This document shows, in pieces, positions 18,035 through 28,291 of a DNA stretch of 64,000 nt (positions are counted from its first letter, which is position 1; every line of letters begins with the position of its first letter). The notes under the pieces are model-generated. The model searched no databases. It saw only the letters and a program-made list of their open reading frames with translations, and was not told the DNA's origin. The translations under genes and the position numbers were made by a program. This DNA comes from an uncultured Nitrospiraceae bacterium (lineage in GTDB: Bacteria; Nitrospirota; Thermodesulfovibrionia; Thermodesulfovibrionales; Dissulfurispiraceae). The DNA is taken from the NCBI GenBank assembly GCA_947085205.1, contig CAMTVO010000010.1, positions 32,001 to 96,000 of the forward strand. The letters run 5' to 3'.

Positions 18035-18061
18035 TTAAACATATTAAACATATTAAACATA
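18035..18061. repeat. Three perfect 9-nt direct repeats upstream of dsrA
   Basis: (TTAAACATA)x3. Confidence 0.85.
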
Positions 18062-18183
18062 GAAGGTAAAGACTAATACAGAAGCCGATGGCTCGTCAAA
18101 TAAAAAAAATTTATCGCTATATTAGCTTTATTTTAAAGTTTAACTTGACCGTTTTGATGCCTCATGCGTAAAATTAAAGGCGT

Positions 18184-21100
18184 ATGAAAATTAGACAGAT
18201 CGAGTTTATTGGTTTCAAATCCTTTGCCGACAAGACCTTATTTCCTCTCCACAACGGCATTACCTGCATCGTAGGGCCGAACGGCTGCGGAAAGAGCAAC
18301 ATTGCAGATGCATTCAGATGGGTGCTCGGAGAGCAGAGCGCAAAGAGCCTGCGCGGCGAAAAAATGGAAGAGGTCATATTTCAAGGGTCAGCCACAAAAA
18401 AACAGAAGGGAATGGCTGAAGTCACGCTCATCTTTTCCCAGTCAAGCCGTACCGTGCCGAAAAGCGATTCCGGCAACGGAAACGGCTCCTCCTCTGATGA
18501 GAGCGTTTCGGATGAAATCTCAGTATCGAGAAGGCTCTACAGGTCAGGAGAGAGCGAATATCTCATTAATAAAAAACAGTGCAGGCTTAGGGATATTAAA
18601 GATATATTCCTCGACACAGGCCTCGATGTCAAAAGCTATTCCATATTGGATCAGGGCAGGATCGGCGAGATTATCAATGCAAAACCCCATGAAAGAAGAT
18701 TCCTCATCGAGGAAATTGCAGGGGTTATGAAATATAAGGTCAGAAAGGCGGAGGCGCTTTCGAAACTCGAATCTTCAAAGCAGAATCTCTTGAGGATAAA
18801 CGACATCGTATATGAAGTCAAACGCCAGATAAACAGCCTCGACAGGCAGGTAAAAAAGGCAGAGAGATATAAAAGACTGATAGGAGAGCTGAAAGAGGTC
18901 GAATTAAGAACGGCAAAGAGGGAGCACGCAAGACTCAGCAATGCCCTAAACGCTCTCTTATCAGAGATAGCGAAACAGAGAGAAGCGGATTCCGCAAACA
19001 GGGCCGAGCTAGCAACTTTAGAAAATCTGATAGAGACTAAACGCCTCGAACTCGCAGAGAAAGAAAAAACACTTTTAGAACTCGAAAACAGCCTCTATGA
19101 AAAAGAACGGATAGTCTCAGACACAGAAAAACGCATAGCAGTATTGAAGGCAAATATAGAAAATAAAAAGGCCGACATTGTCAGGCTCACAAACCAGCAG
19201 GAAGAGATAAAGACCAAAAAAGAGGAGCTTTCCGGAAAGATTGTAGAGCTCGATGATGCCGAAAATGCCCTGTTGTCCAGCATGGAAAACATATCGCTGG
19301 AGCTCAACGAGAAAAAGGATTGGGCAGCAGACATCGAGATGTCGATTGCGGATAAAGAATCGGAGATAGAAAACAAAAGAAAAGAGCTATTCAAGGTATC
19401 GGAAAACCTGAGCAATAAAAAGAATGAGCTTCACAAGCTCCAGTCTTCTCACGCAACCCTGAAATACAGGGAATCCGTATCCCTGAAGGATATGGGGAGC
19501 ATAAAGGCCGGAATTGAGGATTTGCAAAAGTCCATAAAAGAAGCCGAAGATTCTATAAAAACCAAAACCGAAGAGCGCCTCAAACTCAATTCCGAAAAGG
19601 AAGCAATAGCTTCCGAGATAACAAAATTAAAAGGTGAAATCGAAAACAGTAAGACGCTACTTGCCAAAGAAAGGGAAGACCTTGCCTCAAACATATCCAG
19701 ACTGAATTCATTAAAAGAGTTGATTGTCGACAGGTCTTTGATGGATTTCATGTCCGAAGGAAAAAGTTATAAAGTCCTTTCTGACGCCGTCTCGGCAGAG
19801 AAGGACTTTGAAATGGCCATTGAGGCCGTCCTTTCAGAAAAGATCAACTCGCTCATAATCGACAATATCGAAGACATCATTTCAGTAGTGAATATTGTTA
19901 AGGAAAAACACCTCGGAAGGACAGCAATACTATACACGGAAATCAGAAGTCGGAAGTCAGAAGTCAAGAGTCAGGAGTCCCATCTCTTCACTCATCCATC
20001 ACTTATCGGCAGGGTATCTGACTTCGTAACATTCGAAAACCCCGATGCTCAGAACATTATAGGCAATCTTCTGGAGAATACATACATAGCAAAAGACTTT
20101 CAATCTGCCGTTGAAATACTTAACTCTGAACTCTTAACTCATAACTCTGAATTAACCCTTGTTACCCTCGACGGCGAGGTTATAAACAGCGAGGGGTGGC
20201 TTTTCGCAGGTCACGGGAAGGATATTCTAAAAAAGAAGAGGGAGATAAAAGAACTTCAGACCACAATAGACGAACAGCAGAACAAGATAAGCGCTCTTGA
20301 GAGCGGTTTAAACACATTGAACGACGGTTTGGCTGCTAAAAAAGATTCTTTGAAAAACATCGAGGACTCCATTATCGACATTGAAAAAAACATATCCCTC
20401 GCCAATCAGTCGTTAAATAACCGGAGAGAAGAATTGGAAAGAAAGACAAGGCGGCTTTCTTTCTTAGACACAGAAATCTCGACTATTTCGCATGAGATAG
20501 AGTCTCTTCAGAATCTTATGAACTCGAAGACAGAAGATATTGCCCTGCTCGAAAAAGAGATAAAGGAGGTTAACGATGCAATAGCTTCCATGCAGGAATC
20601 ACTTTCTGCGATAAAGGGAGAGTACGAAGATGCAAGGTCTCACATCACAGACCTGAAGCTCTCAATGACATCTTACAAAGAGAAGGTGGATGCGCTCAGA
20701 AAAGGAAGGGATAACATTAACAATACAATCGCAGAGTTTGAGAGCAAAAAAGAGGAGGCATTAAAGGAGATTCAGGAGGCTGAGGAAAGGATAAAAGAAT
20801 ATGTCGAAGAGTTACAGAATCTTGAGGAAGGCATAAAAGACCTTATTATTGAGGCCGACAAGATACAGATAGAGAGAACAAACCTGAAAGAAACCATACA
20901 TTCGGAGAATCAAGAGTTAATCTCAAAGGGCAATATCCTCAGGAATATAAGGGTGCAGATAGACGAAATATCCCAGCAACTCTCTGAGCTTAACTCCAGA
21001 GCAGTAGAAAACAGGCTCAGGATAGAGAATATTGAAAGTTCGATTTCGCAAAAATACGGGCTCGATATAAAGACCGAGGCAGTAGAAACAGAAGGGTTCG

Positions 21101-21759
21101 ACGCATCAGAAGACGAAAACATGATAAATGAATTGAACAACAAGATACGGGAACTCGGGCCTGTAAATCTCGGCACTATTGAAGAGTACGAAGAACTCAA
21201 AAACCGCTATGATTTCCTGATAAAGCAGCAGCAGGATCTGACAATGTCCATTGCAGAGCTTGAAGAGGCGATAAGCAGGATAAACGCAACAACAAGGAGA
21301 AGGCTCCGCGAGGCCTACGATGCGCTGAGGACAAAATTCTCTGAAGTATTTACCACGCTGTTCGGCGGTGGAAAGTCCGATATTATACTAACGGATGAGG
21401 AGAACATACTTGACTCAGGTCTGGACATCATAGCCCAGCCTCCCGGCAAAAGGCTTCAGAATATAAATCTGCTTTCAGGAGGAGAAAAGGCGCTCACCTC
21501 GCTTGCTCTTCTCTTCGCAGGATTCCTGATAAAGCCAAGCCCTCTCTGCATCCTCGACGAGGCAGACGCTCCACTGGATGAATCAAACACAGTCAGGTTC
21601 GTCCGGATGATAAAAGAACTCTCTAACGAGACGCAGTTTATAGTGATTACTCATAACAGGACAACAATGGAGGTCGCTGATTACCTTTACGGCATCACAA
21701 TGGAAGAGCCTGGTGTATCAAAGGCGATTTCACTGCAGTTTGCTGATGTGGAAATTTAA
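18184..21759 (+). CDS. smc: Chromosome segregation protein SMC
   Basis: GFKSFAD, GPNGCGKSN, coiled coils, hinge, LSGGEK, LDEADAPLD. Confidence 0.97.
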   Translation: MKIRQIEFIGFKSFADKTLFPLHNGITCIVGPNGCGKSNIADAFRWVLGEQSAKSLRGEKMEEVIFQGSATKKQKGMAEVTLIFSQSSRTVPKSDSGNGNGSSSDESVSDEISVSRRLYRSGESEYLINKKQCRLRDIKDIFLDTGLDVKSYSILDQGRIGEIINAKPHERRFLIEEIAGVMKYKVRKAEALSKLESSKQNLLRINDIVYEVKRQINSLDRQVKKAERYKRLIGELKEVELRTAKREHARLSNALNALLSEIAKQREADSANRAELATLENLIETKRLELAEKEKTLLELENSLYEKERIVSDTEKRIAVLKANIENKKADIVRLTNQQEEIKTKKEELSGKIVELDDAENALLSSMENISLELNEKKDWAADIEMSIADKESEIENKRKELFKVSENLSNKKNELHKLQSSHATLKYRESVSLKDMGSIKAGIEDLQKSIKEAEDSIKTKTEERLKLNSEKEAIASEITKLKGEIENSKTLLAKEREDLASNISRLNSLKELIVDRSLMDFMSEGKSYKVLSDAVSAEKDFEMAIEAVLSEKINSLIIDNIEDIISVVNIVKEKHLGRTAILYTEIRSRKSEVKSQESHLFTHPSLIGRVSDFVTFENPDAQNIIGNLLENTYIAKDFQSAVEILNSELLTHNSELTLVTLDGEVINSEGWLFAGHGKDILKKKREIKELQTTIDEQQNKISALESGLNTLNDGLAAKKDSLKNIEDSIIDIEKNISLANQSLNNRREELERKTRRLSFLDTEISTISHEIESLQNLMNSKTEDIALLEKEIKEVNDAIASMQESLSAIKGEYEDARSHITDLKLSMTSYKEKVDALRKGRDNINNTIAEFESKKEEALKEIQEAEERIKEYVEELQNLEEGIKDLIIEADKIQIERTNLKETIHSENQELISKGNILRNIRVQIDEISQQLSELNSRAVENRLRIENIESSISQKYGLDIKTEAVETEGFDASEDENMINELNNKIRELGPVNLGTIEEYEELKNRYDFLIKQQQDLTMSIAELEEAISRINATTRRRLREAYDALRTKFSEVFTTLFGGGKSDIILTDEENILDSGLDIIAQPPGKRLQNINLLSGGEKALTSLALLFAGFLIKPSPLCILDEADAPLDESNTVRFVRMIKELSNETQFIVITHNRTTMEVADYLYGITMEEPGVSKAISLQFADVEI
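19943..19979 (+). repeat. In-frame heptamer tract in the SMC hinge
   Basis: tcagaag tcggaag tcagaag tcaagag tcaggag tc, encoding RSRKSEVKSQES. Confidence 0.8.
20120..20152 (+). repeat. In-frame heptamer tract in the SMC hinge (partner arm)
   Basis: ttaactc tgaactc ttaactc ataactc tgaat, encoding LNSELLTHNSEL. Confidence 0.8.
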
Positions 21760-21762
21760 GCA

Positions 21763-21791
21763 TTTACAATTAAATGCCTCTGGTTTATACT
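21763..21791 (+). promoter_or_regulatory. sigma70-type promoter for the RRM gene
   Basis: TTTACA-17-TATACT. Confidence 0.6.
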
Positions 21792-21878
21792 AATGAATAG
21801 CTTTTCAAAGTTAAAGAATCCATGGAGACTTTAAAAGCTCTGGGGTTTTTTATTTTTACCAAATTAAGGAGGGTAAGT

Positions 21879-22202
21879 ATGAGCAAAAAAATCTATGTGG
21901 GAAATCTCTCGTTTAGGGCAACAGAAGATGACATCAGAGGAATCTTCTCAAAAGTCGGCGAAGTGGAATCGGTTAACATACTAACCGATGCGCACACAGG
22001 CCGCTCCAAAGGGTTTGGCTTTGTTGAGATGGCATCAGAAGAAGATGCAAAAAAGGCGATAGAATCCCTGAACGGCTCATCATTCATGGAGAGGACTCTA
22101 ACCGTTGCCGAGGCAAAGCCCCAGAAGCCAAGAGAAAGAGGTGGTTTTGAAGGCAGAAGAGGCGGTTATGGCGGAGGCAGGGGGCACGGAAGGAGAGGAT
22201 AA
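21879..22202 (+). CDS. RRM RNA-binding protein
   Basis: IYVGNL (RNP2), KGFGFVEM (RNP1), Gly/Arg tail; AAGGAGG RBS. Confidence 0.92.
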   Translation: MSKKIYVGNLSFRATEDDIRGIFSKVGEVESVNILTDAHTGRSKGFGFVEMASEEDAKKAIESLNGSSFMERTLTVAEAKPQKPRERGGFEGRRGGYGGGRGHGRRG

Positions 22203-22244
22203 AGGCTGCAAGATCCAAGAGACCTGTAGTATAATTTTCATTGT

Positions 22245-23600
22245 ATGAAGAATCCTTCTGGTATCTCCGGCATTCAAATCTCCGCGGATAAAGAAGACCT
22301 AATATGCTACAGCTTTGATGCATCCATTGCAGAGTCAAAACTTCCGCAGGCTGTTGCATGGCCGAAAAATACAGATGAGGTAGTAAGGCTTGTCAAATAC
22401 GCAGGCGAAAACAACCTCTCGATCATACCTCGCGGCGCAGGCACAGGCATGTCCGGAGCGTCAGTTCCATCAGGGAATTGCATGGTCCTGAGCTTCGAAA
22501 AGATGAGAAAGATTCTGGATGTCGATACCAGAAACATGACTGTAGTTGTTGAGCCTGGCATTGTAAATGTCAGGCTTCAGAAAGAGTTGGAATACTTAGG
22601 ATACTTTTACCCGCCCGACCCTGCAAGCCTCGATATATGCACTATCGGAGGCAATGTTGCAACAAACGCAGGAGGCCCGAGGACGATAAAATACGGTGTT
22701 ACAAGGGATTATGTCATGGGCATAGAGGCTGTTCTGCCTGACGGAAGCATAATAAACACAGGAGGCAAGACCTACAAAAAAGCTGTTGGATATGACCTGA
22801 AAAATCTGCTCATAGGCTCTGAAGGAACCCTCGCTATTTCTACAAAGATAAGGCTTAAGATGCTACCCCTGCCGGAGGATGTGATAACGCTCCTTGTGCT
22901 TTTCAATAATCTTGAGGCGTCAGGAAATGCGGTCACAAAGATTCTCTCGTCAAAGATAATACCGAGGACAATGGAATTCATGGACAGGCTCTCAATAGAG
23001 GCCATAGAAAATTACAAGCCTACAGGGCTTCCGACAGATGTGGAAGCGCTTCTCTTAATAGAGCTTGACGGATACCCTGCAACAATCAAAAAAGAGGCTG
23101 AAAGGGTCGTCGATATCTGCCGTTCGCTCGGAGGCGAGGCTGTTGTCGCAGAAGACGACATGGCGCGTAATGGGCTTTGGGAGGCGAGGAGGTCTATCTC
23201 CCCTGCCCTTTACCACATCAAGCCCACAAAGATTAATGAAGATATCGTTGTTCCGAGGGATAAAATTCCATCCATTCTCATGGAATTAAGAAAATTATCA
23301 GAACAAAGCGGGATAAAGATTATCAGCTTCGGCCATGCAGGAGACGGAAACATCCATGTGAATATAATGGTTGATAAAAACGATAAAAATGAATACGCAA
23401 AGGGCATGGAAATCGTAAAAAAGATATTCGCGCTTACCGTCAACCTCGGCGGCTCAATCTCAGGCGAGCACGGAATAGGCATAACAAAAGCGCCTTACAT
23501 CGGCATGGAGACAAAAGAGAAAGAACTGGAACTAATGAAAGGCATCAAGGGATTATTCGACCCAAAGGGAATAATGAATCCGGGGAAGATATTCGGGTAA
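22245..23600 (+). CDS. FAD-linked oxidase, GlcD/D-lactate dehydrogenase family
   Basis: PRGAGTG, PPDPAS, GSEGTL, GHAGDGNIH, GEHGIG, NPGK. Confidence 0.88.
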   Translation: MKNPSGISGIQISADKEDLICYSFDASIAESKLPQAVAWPKNTDEVVRLVKYAGENNLSIIPRGAGTGMSGASVPSGNCMVLSFEKMRKILDVDTRNMTVVVEPGIVNVRLQKELEYLGYFYPPDPASLDICTIGGNVATNAGGPRTIKYGVTRDYVMGIEAVLPDGSIINTGGKTYKKAVGYDLKNLLIGSEGTLAISTKIRLKMLPLPEDVITLLVLFNNLEASGNAVTKILSSKIIPRTMEFMDRLSIEAIENYKPTGLPTDVEALLLIELDGYPATIKKEAERVVDICRSLGGEAVVAEDDMARNGLWEARRSISPALYHIKPTKINEDIVVPRDKIPSILMELRKLSEQSGIKIISFGHAGDGNIHVNIMVDKNDKNEYAKGMEIVKKIFALTVNLGGSISGEHGIGITKAPYIGMETKEKELELMKGIKGLFDPKGIMNPGKIFG

Positions 23601-24626
23601 ATGGAAAAAACCGACCTCAAGGCCTTATCGAAGCAGGAATTGGAATCTTTTGTCAAAGAATCAGGACTGCCTTCGTTTAGGGCAAAACAGATACTGCACT
23701 GGATTTATGAAAAGCATACACAATCGATTCAGGAGATTACAGAACTCTCAAAAGACCTGGGAGAAAAACTTTCGGAAAAGGCGTATATAAGTAATCTTGA
23801 ACTGCTCGACAGACAAATCTCTAAAGATGGCACAGAAAAATTTCTTTTCGGGCTTGAGGACGGAGAGACCATCGAGAGCGTCTTAATTCCTGACGAAGAC
23901 CGCTTAACGCTCTGCATTTCATCACAAGTAGGCTGTGCAACGGTTTGCAGATTCTGTCTTACAGGCAAATTTGGACTAAAAAGAAATCTCAATGCCCATG
24001 AAATAGTTGACCAGATAATATTCACAAGCAGAACCATTAAGCCAAGACGGCTTACCAATGTTGTATTAATGGGCATGGGAGAGCCTCTGGCGAATTTCGA
24101 GAATGTTGTTGAGGCATTGTGGCGGATTACAGAATTTATGAAAATCTCTCCGAGGAGGATTACCCTTTCCACATCAGGCATTGTGCCTAAAATCCTGGAA
24201 CTCCCCCAAAAAGCTCCTATGGTGAATCTGGCCATATCTCTGAATGCAACAACGGATGCTGTAAGGGATTACATAATGCCAATCAATAAGACCTACCCGA
24301 TTAAACAATTGCTTGATGCATGCCGTAAATTCCCGCTTCCGGCAAGGAGAAGGATAACCTTTGAGTATGTGATGCTGAAGGATATTAATGACACACCTGA
24401 AGACGCAAAGAGGCTTATAAATCTACTTAAAGGGATACCCTCAAAAGTGAACTTAATACCCTTCAATCCCTATGAAGGCTCTGAATTTAAGAGGCCGGAT
24501 GATAAAAGGGTTTTGGAATTCCAGAATATTCTCATTAAGGGCAATGTAATCGCCCTTATCAGAAAGAGCAAGGGGCAGGATATTCTTGCAGCCTGCGGAC
24601 AGTTAAAGGCAAGATATGCGTTATAG
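23601..24626 (+). CDS. rlmN: 23S rRNA/tRNA m2A methyltransferase RlmN
   Basis: CISSQVGC..CRFC, MGMGEPL, ITFEYV, AACGQL. Confidence 0.95.
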   Translation: MEKTDLKALSKQELESFVKESGLPSFRAKQILHWIYEKHTQSIQEITELSKDLGEKLSEKAYISNLELLDRQISKDGTEKFLFGLEDGETIESVLIPDEDRLTLCISSQVGCATVCRFCLTGKFGLKRNLNAHEIVDQIIFTSRTIKPRRLTNVVLMGMGEPLANFENVVEALWRITEFMKISPRRITLSTSGIVPKILELPQKAPMVNLAISLNATTDAVRDYIMPINKTYPIKQLLDACRKFPLPARRRITFEYVMLKDINDTPEDAKRLINLLKGIPSKVNLIPFNPYEGSEFKRPDDKRVLEFQNILIKGNVIALIRKSKGQDILAACGQLKARYAL

Positions 24627-24654
24627 CGACTTCCTTGCGCTACAACGCTCAACG

Positions 24655-25425
24655 CTATAATGCCTTACACTTCAGCGTTTCTTCCATCATCAGGATGTAT
24701 TTTGTGTAGTCAAAGCCGAATTTCATCAGTTCTATTTCATCACTCTTTATTTTTTCTAAGGTTTTTTCATCAACATTAAACATCTCAAGGAACTTGCTCT
24801 CGAAGACAAATCTCCTGAATCTGTCGACATCATAGCATGCCATGTAAAATGCCTTCTGTTTTTTCTCGTCAAGGGAATGCCCAGGGAGGTTTCTTCTGAA
24901 CAGGATTTCCTTCCATCCCCTGTTCATGTCGTCATAGACATCCACTCCCTGATCATCCCTCCAACTCTTTATTGTCCACGCTGCATCTTCGTTGAAGCCG
25001 AGGCAGTGCGGCTCTTTAATGAAGAAATAGAATTCCTCGGTTATAGGCTCGTTTATTTTATCGTCCATTTTTTTAAGTGATGCCTGTCCAACAGGATAGT
25101 ACCTGCAGTTTGCAGGCCTGTCCGAGTATATTGTGCAGCCCTCTGCTGTTACAAAGGGACATTTTCTTTCTGCATCTTCGTTCATCTTCAAGAATACGAA
25201 GGGATGGGAAGTCTTCTCGTCTATCTCTATATAAGTAGAGTTGGCCAGAAAATCGCCTGATGAGATGCCCATCCTGTTTTTAAGCCTGAGAATGTCGTAC
25301 GGGGTGAGCATAATATCAATATTGCTGCAGCATTTTGTGAAACATCCGATGCCTTTATGACATCTGAATTTGAATCGTGAATCTATGGAAAGTTGTACTT
25401 TCTCTACATGCTTCATGTTTAACAT
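24655..25425 (-). CDS. YkgJ family CxxCxxCC cysteine-cluster protein
   Basis: FRCHKGIGCFTKCC, CPF, CTIYSDRPANCRYYP; start uncertain. Confidence 0.8.
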   Translation of the reverse strand: MLNMKHVEKVQLSIDSRFKFRCHKGIGCFTKCCSNIDIMLTPYDILRLKNRMGISSGDFLANSTYIEIDEKTSHPFVFLKMNEDAERKCPFVTAEGCTIYSDRPANCRYYPVGQASLKKMDDKINEPITEEFYFFIKEPHCLGFNEDAAWTIKSWRDDQGVDVYDDMNRGWKEILFRRNLPGHSLDEKKQKAFYMACYDVDRFRRFVFESKFLEMFNVDEKTLEKIKSDEIELMKFGFDYTKYILMMEETLKCKAL

Positions 25426-25529
25426 CGCGGGCCTCCAAAAAAACAATTTATTTATTTTAACACGCGGCAGCCAAAAAGGGCTACCGCAAATTGACTTTTA
25501 TCAAGGCGTTTTAGTATTCTAAATGTTTA

Positions 25530-25607
<78 letters not shown>

Positions 25608-25608
25608 T

Positions 25609-25685
<77 letters not shown>

Positions 25686-25694
25686 TATACGAAC

Positions 25695-25770
25695 GGTGGG
25701 CGTAGCTCAATGGCAGAGCACTGGACTGTTGCTCCAGTGGTTGCGGGTTCGATCCCCGTCGCCCACCCCA
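25695..25770 (+). tRNA. tRNA with His-type body (G-1:C73) but GTT anticodon
   Basis: Acceptor G-1 GTGGGCG/CGCCCAC C73 CCA; anticodon arm ctgga-ctGTTgc-tccag. Confidence 0.9.
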
Positions 25771-25868
25771 AAAATCGTGATGGGTAAAGCGTGAAGCGTA
25801 AAGAGTCAAAAATTTTTAGCATTAAAATCCATACTCATTACCGATTACTCGTTACGGATTACGAATAT

Positions 25869-25942
25869 GCGCCTGTAGCTCAGCGGATTAGAGCATCGGC
25901 CTCCGGAGCCGAGGGTCGGAGGTTCGAATCCTCTCAGGCGCG
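25869..25942 (+). tRNA. tRNA-Arg(CCG), CCA not encoded
   Basis: Anticodon arm tcggc-ctCCGga-gccga; GTTCGAATC. Confidence 0.93.
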
Positions 25943-26005
25943 TTATTAGTGAATAGTTATTAGTATTTAGTTAGTTTATTTTTACTATTCACTGTTCACT
26001 ATGCA

Positions 26006-27220
26006 CTATACACTATCTAATAAGTGGCCTAATTTCTTCTTCTTTGTTTTCAGATAAACGATATTTTTGTCGTGAGGTCTTGACTCTACCGATACCCTTT
26101 CAACAACCTTAAGTCCGTATCCTTCGAGGCCTATTATTTTCTTTGGATTATTTGTCATCAGCCTCATCTTTCTTACGCCGAGGTCAACGAGTATCTGTGC
26201 GCCGATTCCATAGTCGCGCAAATCCGGCTTAAACCCGAGTTTGATATTGGCCTCAACAGTATCGAGCCCTTTATCCTGAAGCTCATATGCCTTCAGTTTG
26301 TTTGCAAGACCTATACCCCTTCCTTCCTGCCTCATGTAGAGTATAACACCCTTTCCTTCTTTCTTTATCATCTCCATTGCCTTGTGAAGCTGGTCGCCGC
26401 AGTCGCATCTCTTCGAGCCGAAGACATCGCCTGTGAGGCATTCTGAATGCACTCTTACAAGCACCTTATCCTCAGGTTTTATCTCTCCTTTTACAAGCGC
26501 TATATGGACATTCGGGTCAACATCATTGGAATAGGCTATTGCTGTAAAATCACCGCCGTATTCTGTCGGCATCTGGACAGTCGCAACCCTTCTTACAAAC
26601 CTCTCTGTCCGCATCCTGTACTGAATCAGGTCTTTCACTGTTATGATTTTCATATTATGTCTTTCTGAGAACTCCATTAACTGGGGAACCCTCGCCATTG
26701 TCCCGTCGTCGTTCATTATCTCGCATATAACGCCTGCCGGATAGAGACCTGCGAGTCTCGCAAGGTCAACAGAACCTTCGGTCTGGCCGGCCCTCTGCAA
26801 GACACCTCCGGGCTTTGCCCTGAGAGGGAAAACGTGTCCAGGCCTTGCAATGTCTTCAGACTTTGATTGCGGATTTATGGCAGTAAGTATGGTAACTGCC
26901 CTGTCATGGGCGGATATTCCTGTTGTAACGCCTTTTTTTGCCTCGATGGATACTGTAAAGGCAGTGCCGAATGAAGATGTGTTGGCGTCGGTCATCATAG
27001 GAAGCTTCAGCTCTTCGACCCTTTGAGGCGTTAAAGAGAGGCATATAAGTCCCCTTCCGTGTTTTGCCATGAAATTTATAGCCTCCGGCGTGACCTTCTC
27101 TGCAGCCATGCATAGGTCTCCCTCGTTTTCCCTGTCCTCATCATCCACAAGGATAACCATCTTGCCCTTTGTTATGTCTTCAAGGGCATCTTCTATTGTG
27201 TTGAATTTATGTTTTTCCAT
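26006..27220 (-). CDS. ribBA: Bifunctional DHBP synthase / GTP cyclohydrolase II
   Basis: [40 protein letters not shown]. Confidence 0.96.
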   Translation of the reverse strand: MEKHKFNTIEDALEDITKGKMVILVDDEDRENEGDLCMAAEKVTPEAINFMAKHGRGLICLSLTPQRVEELKLPMMTDANTSSFGTAFTVSIEAKKGVTTGISAHDRAVTILTAINPQSKSEDIARPGHVFPLRAKPGGVLQRAGQTEGSVDLARLAGLYPAGVICEIMNDDGTMARVPQLMEFSERHNMKIITVKDLIQYRMRTERFVRRVATVQMPTEYGGDFTAIAYSNDVDPNVHIALVKGEIKPEDKVLVRVHSECLTGDVFGSKRCDCGDQLHKAMEMIKKEGKGVILYMRQEGRGIGLANKLKAYELQDKGLDTVEANIKLGFKPDLRDYGIGAQILVDLGVRKMRLMTNNPKKIIGLEGYGLKVVERVSVESRPHDKNIVYLKTKKKKLGHLLDSV

Positions 27221-27240
27221 CCTGAATCCTCCATAAAAAC

Positions 27241-27315
27241 AGGCTATGGGCAATAGGCCATAGGCAATAGGACAATCTATCGCTCTATTGACTATCGCCT
27301 CTTGCCTTTTGCCTA
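27241..27315. repeat. Heptamer hairpin in the ribBA leader
   Basis: aggctat gggcaat aggccat aggcaat ... ctattga ctatcgc ctcttgc cttttgc cta. Confidence 0.75.
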
Positions 27316-27433
27316 ACCTATTGAGTATAGCAAAATCGGTATATATCTTTCCATTTGGCTTATTTTATGAGAAAAATGTGGGAAAGGCCGAAAGTTCTGG
27401 TATAATTTAGTCAATATTTGCAAAGGAGCTGCA

Positions 27434-28291
27434 ATGGAGCAACTATCGCTGAAGACAGAGAAATTTTTCGACATCCTCAATACCGTCCTTTCTACTCTGA
27501 ATATCGATGAAGTGCTCACAACTGTCGTCAGAGAGATAAAATTCCTCCTCGGCGCTGACAGATGCACCTTGTTTTTGGTCGACAGAGATAACAACGAACT
27601 CTATTCAAAAGTCCTTCAGGCGGACAATCTTATAGAAATAAGGGTTCCACTCACAAAGAGCAGCCTTGCAGGCTATTCGTCCATAACAGGGACGGTCATG
27701 AATATAAAAGACGCATACGATGAAGTTGAATTGAAAGCAATAGACAGCGGCCTGTCTTTTGACAAAAGATGGGACGAAAAGAGCGGATACAGGACAAAAG
27801 GCGTGCTGGCAATACCTGTCAAGGCAAAAGGCGAGATTGTCGGGGTATTTCAGGCGCTTAACAAGCCGGACGGTTTCTCTGCCTCTGATGTCAGCATGAT
27901 GGAGCAACTGTCTTTTCTTTTAGGAATTGCCGTAAACAATGCACTTTCATACCAGACCATAGAGGAAGAAAAGAAGCTCAGAGAGTACATCATAGACGAT
28001 ATAGAAGAGGGCATTTGCATTCTCGATACAAAAAAGAGAATTATCGCTGCAAACAAATTCTTAGAAGTCATGAGCGGCATGAGATCTTCAACAGATGCCA
28101 TGGTTGGAGAATACTTCTTTGAACTCTTCCCGAATTTTGCAAATACACAGCTTGAAGAAAAGATAAACGAGGTATTCCTTTTTGGTTTTAAAAAGATAGC
28201 ATTGCTTGAAGTGCTCGAAGTAAAGATTATTCCGTACCTTGATGAAAAAGGAAGAGTAAAAAAGTTGATACTCATCTTTACGAGGGTATAG
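27434..28291 (+). CDS. GAF + PAS domain protein without output domain
   Basis: ADRCTLFLVD, DEKSGYRTK, LNK..F..D (GAF); IEEGICILD..IIAANK (PAS). Confidence 0.8.
   Translation: MEQLSLKTEKFFDILNTVLSTLNIDEVLTTVVREIKFLLGADRCTLFLVDRDNNELYSKVLQADNLIEIRVPLTKSSLAGYSSITGTVMNIKDAYDEVELKAIDSGLSFDKRWDEKSGYRTKGVLAIPVKAKGEIVGVFQALNKPDGFSASDVSMMEQLSFLLGIAVNNALSYQTIEEEKKLREYIIDDIEEGICILDTKKRIIAANKFLEVMSGMRSSTDAMVGEYFFELFPNFANTQLEEKINEVFLFGFKKIALLEVLEVKIIPYLDEKGRVKKLILIFTRV

Noticed and set aside
25695..25770. Genome-wide Asn-to-His codon reassignment
   Set aside because: Conserved His residues (LepA AHIDHGKS, HemB HGHCG, DsrA HGSTG) and conserved Asn residues translate normally with the standard code.
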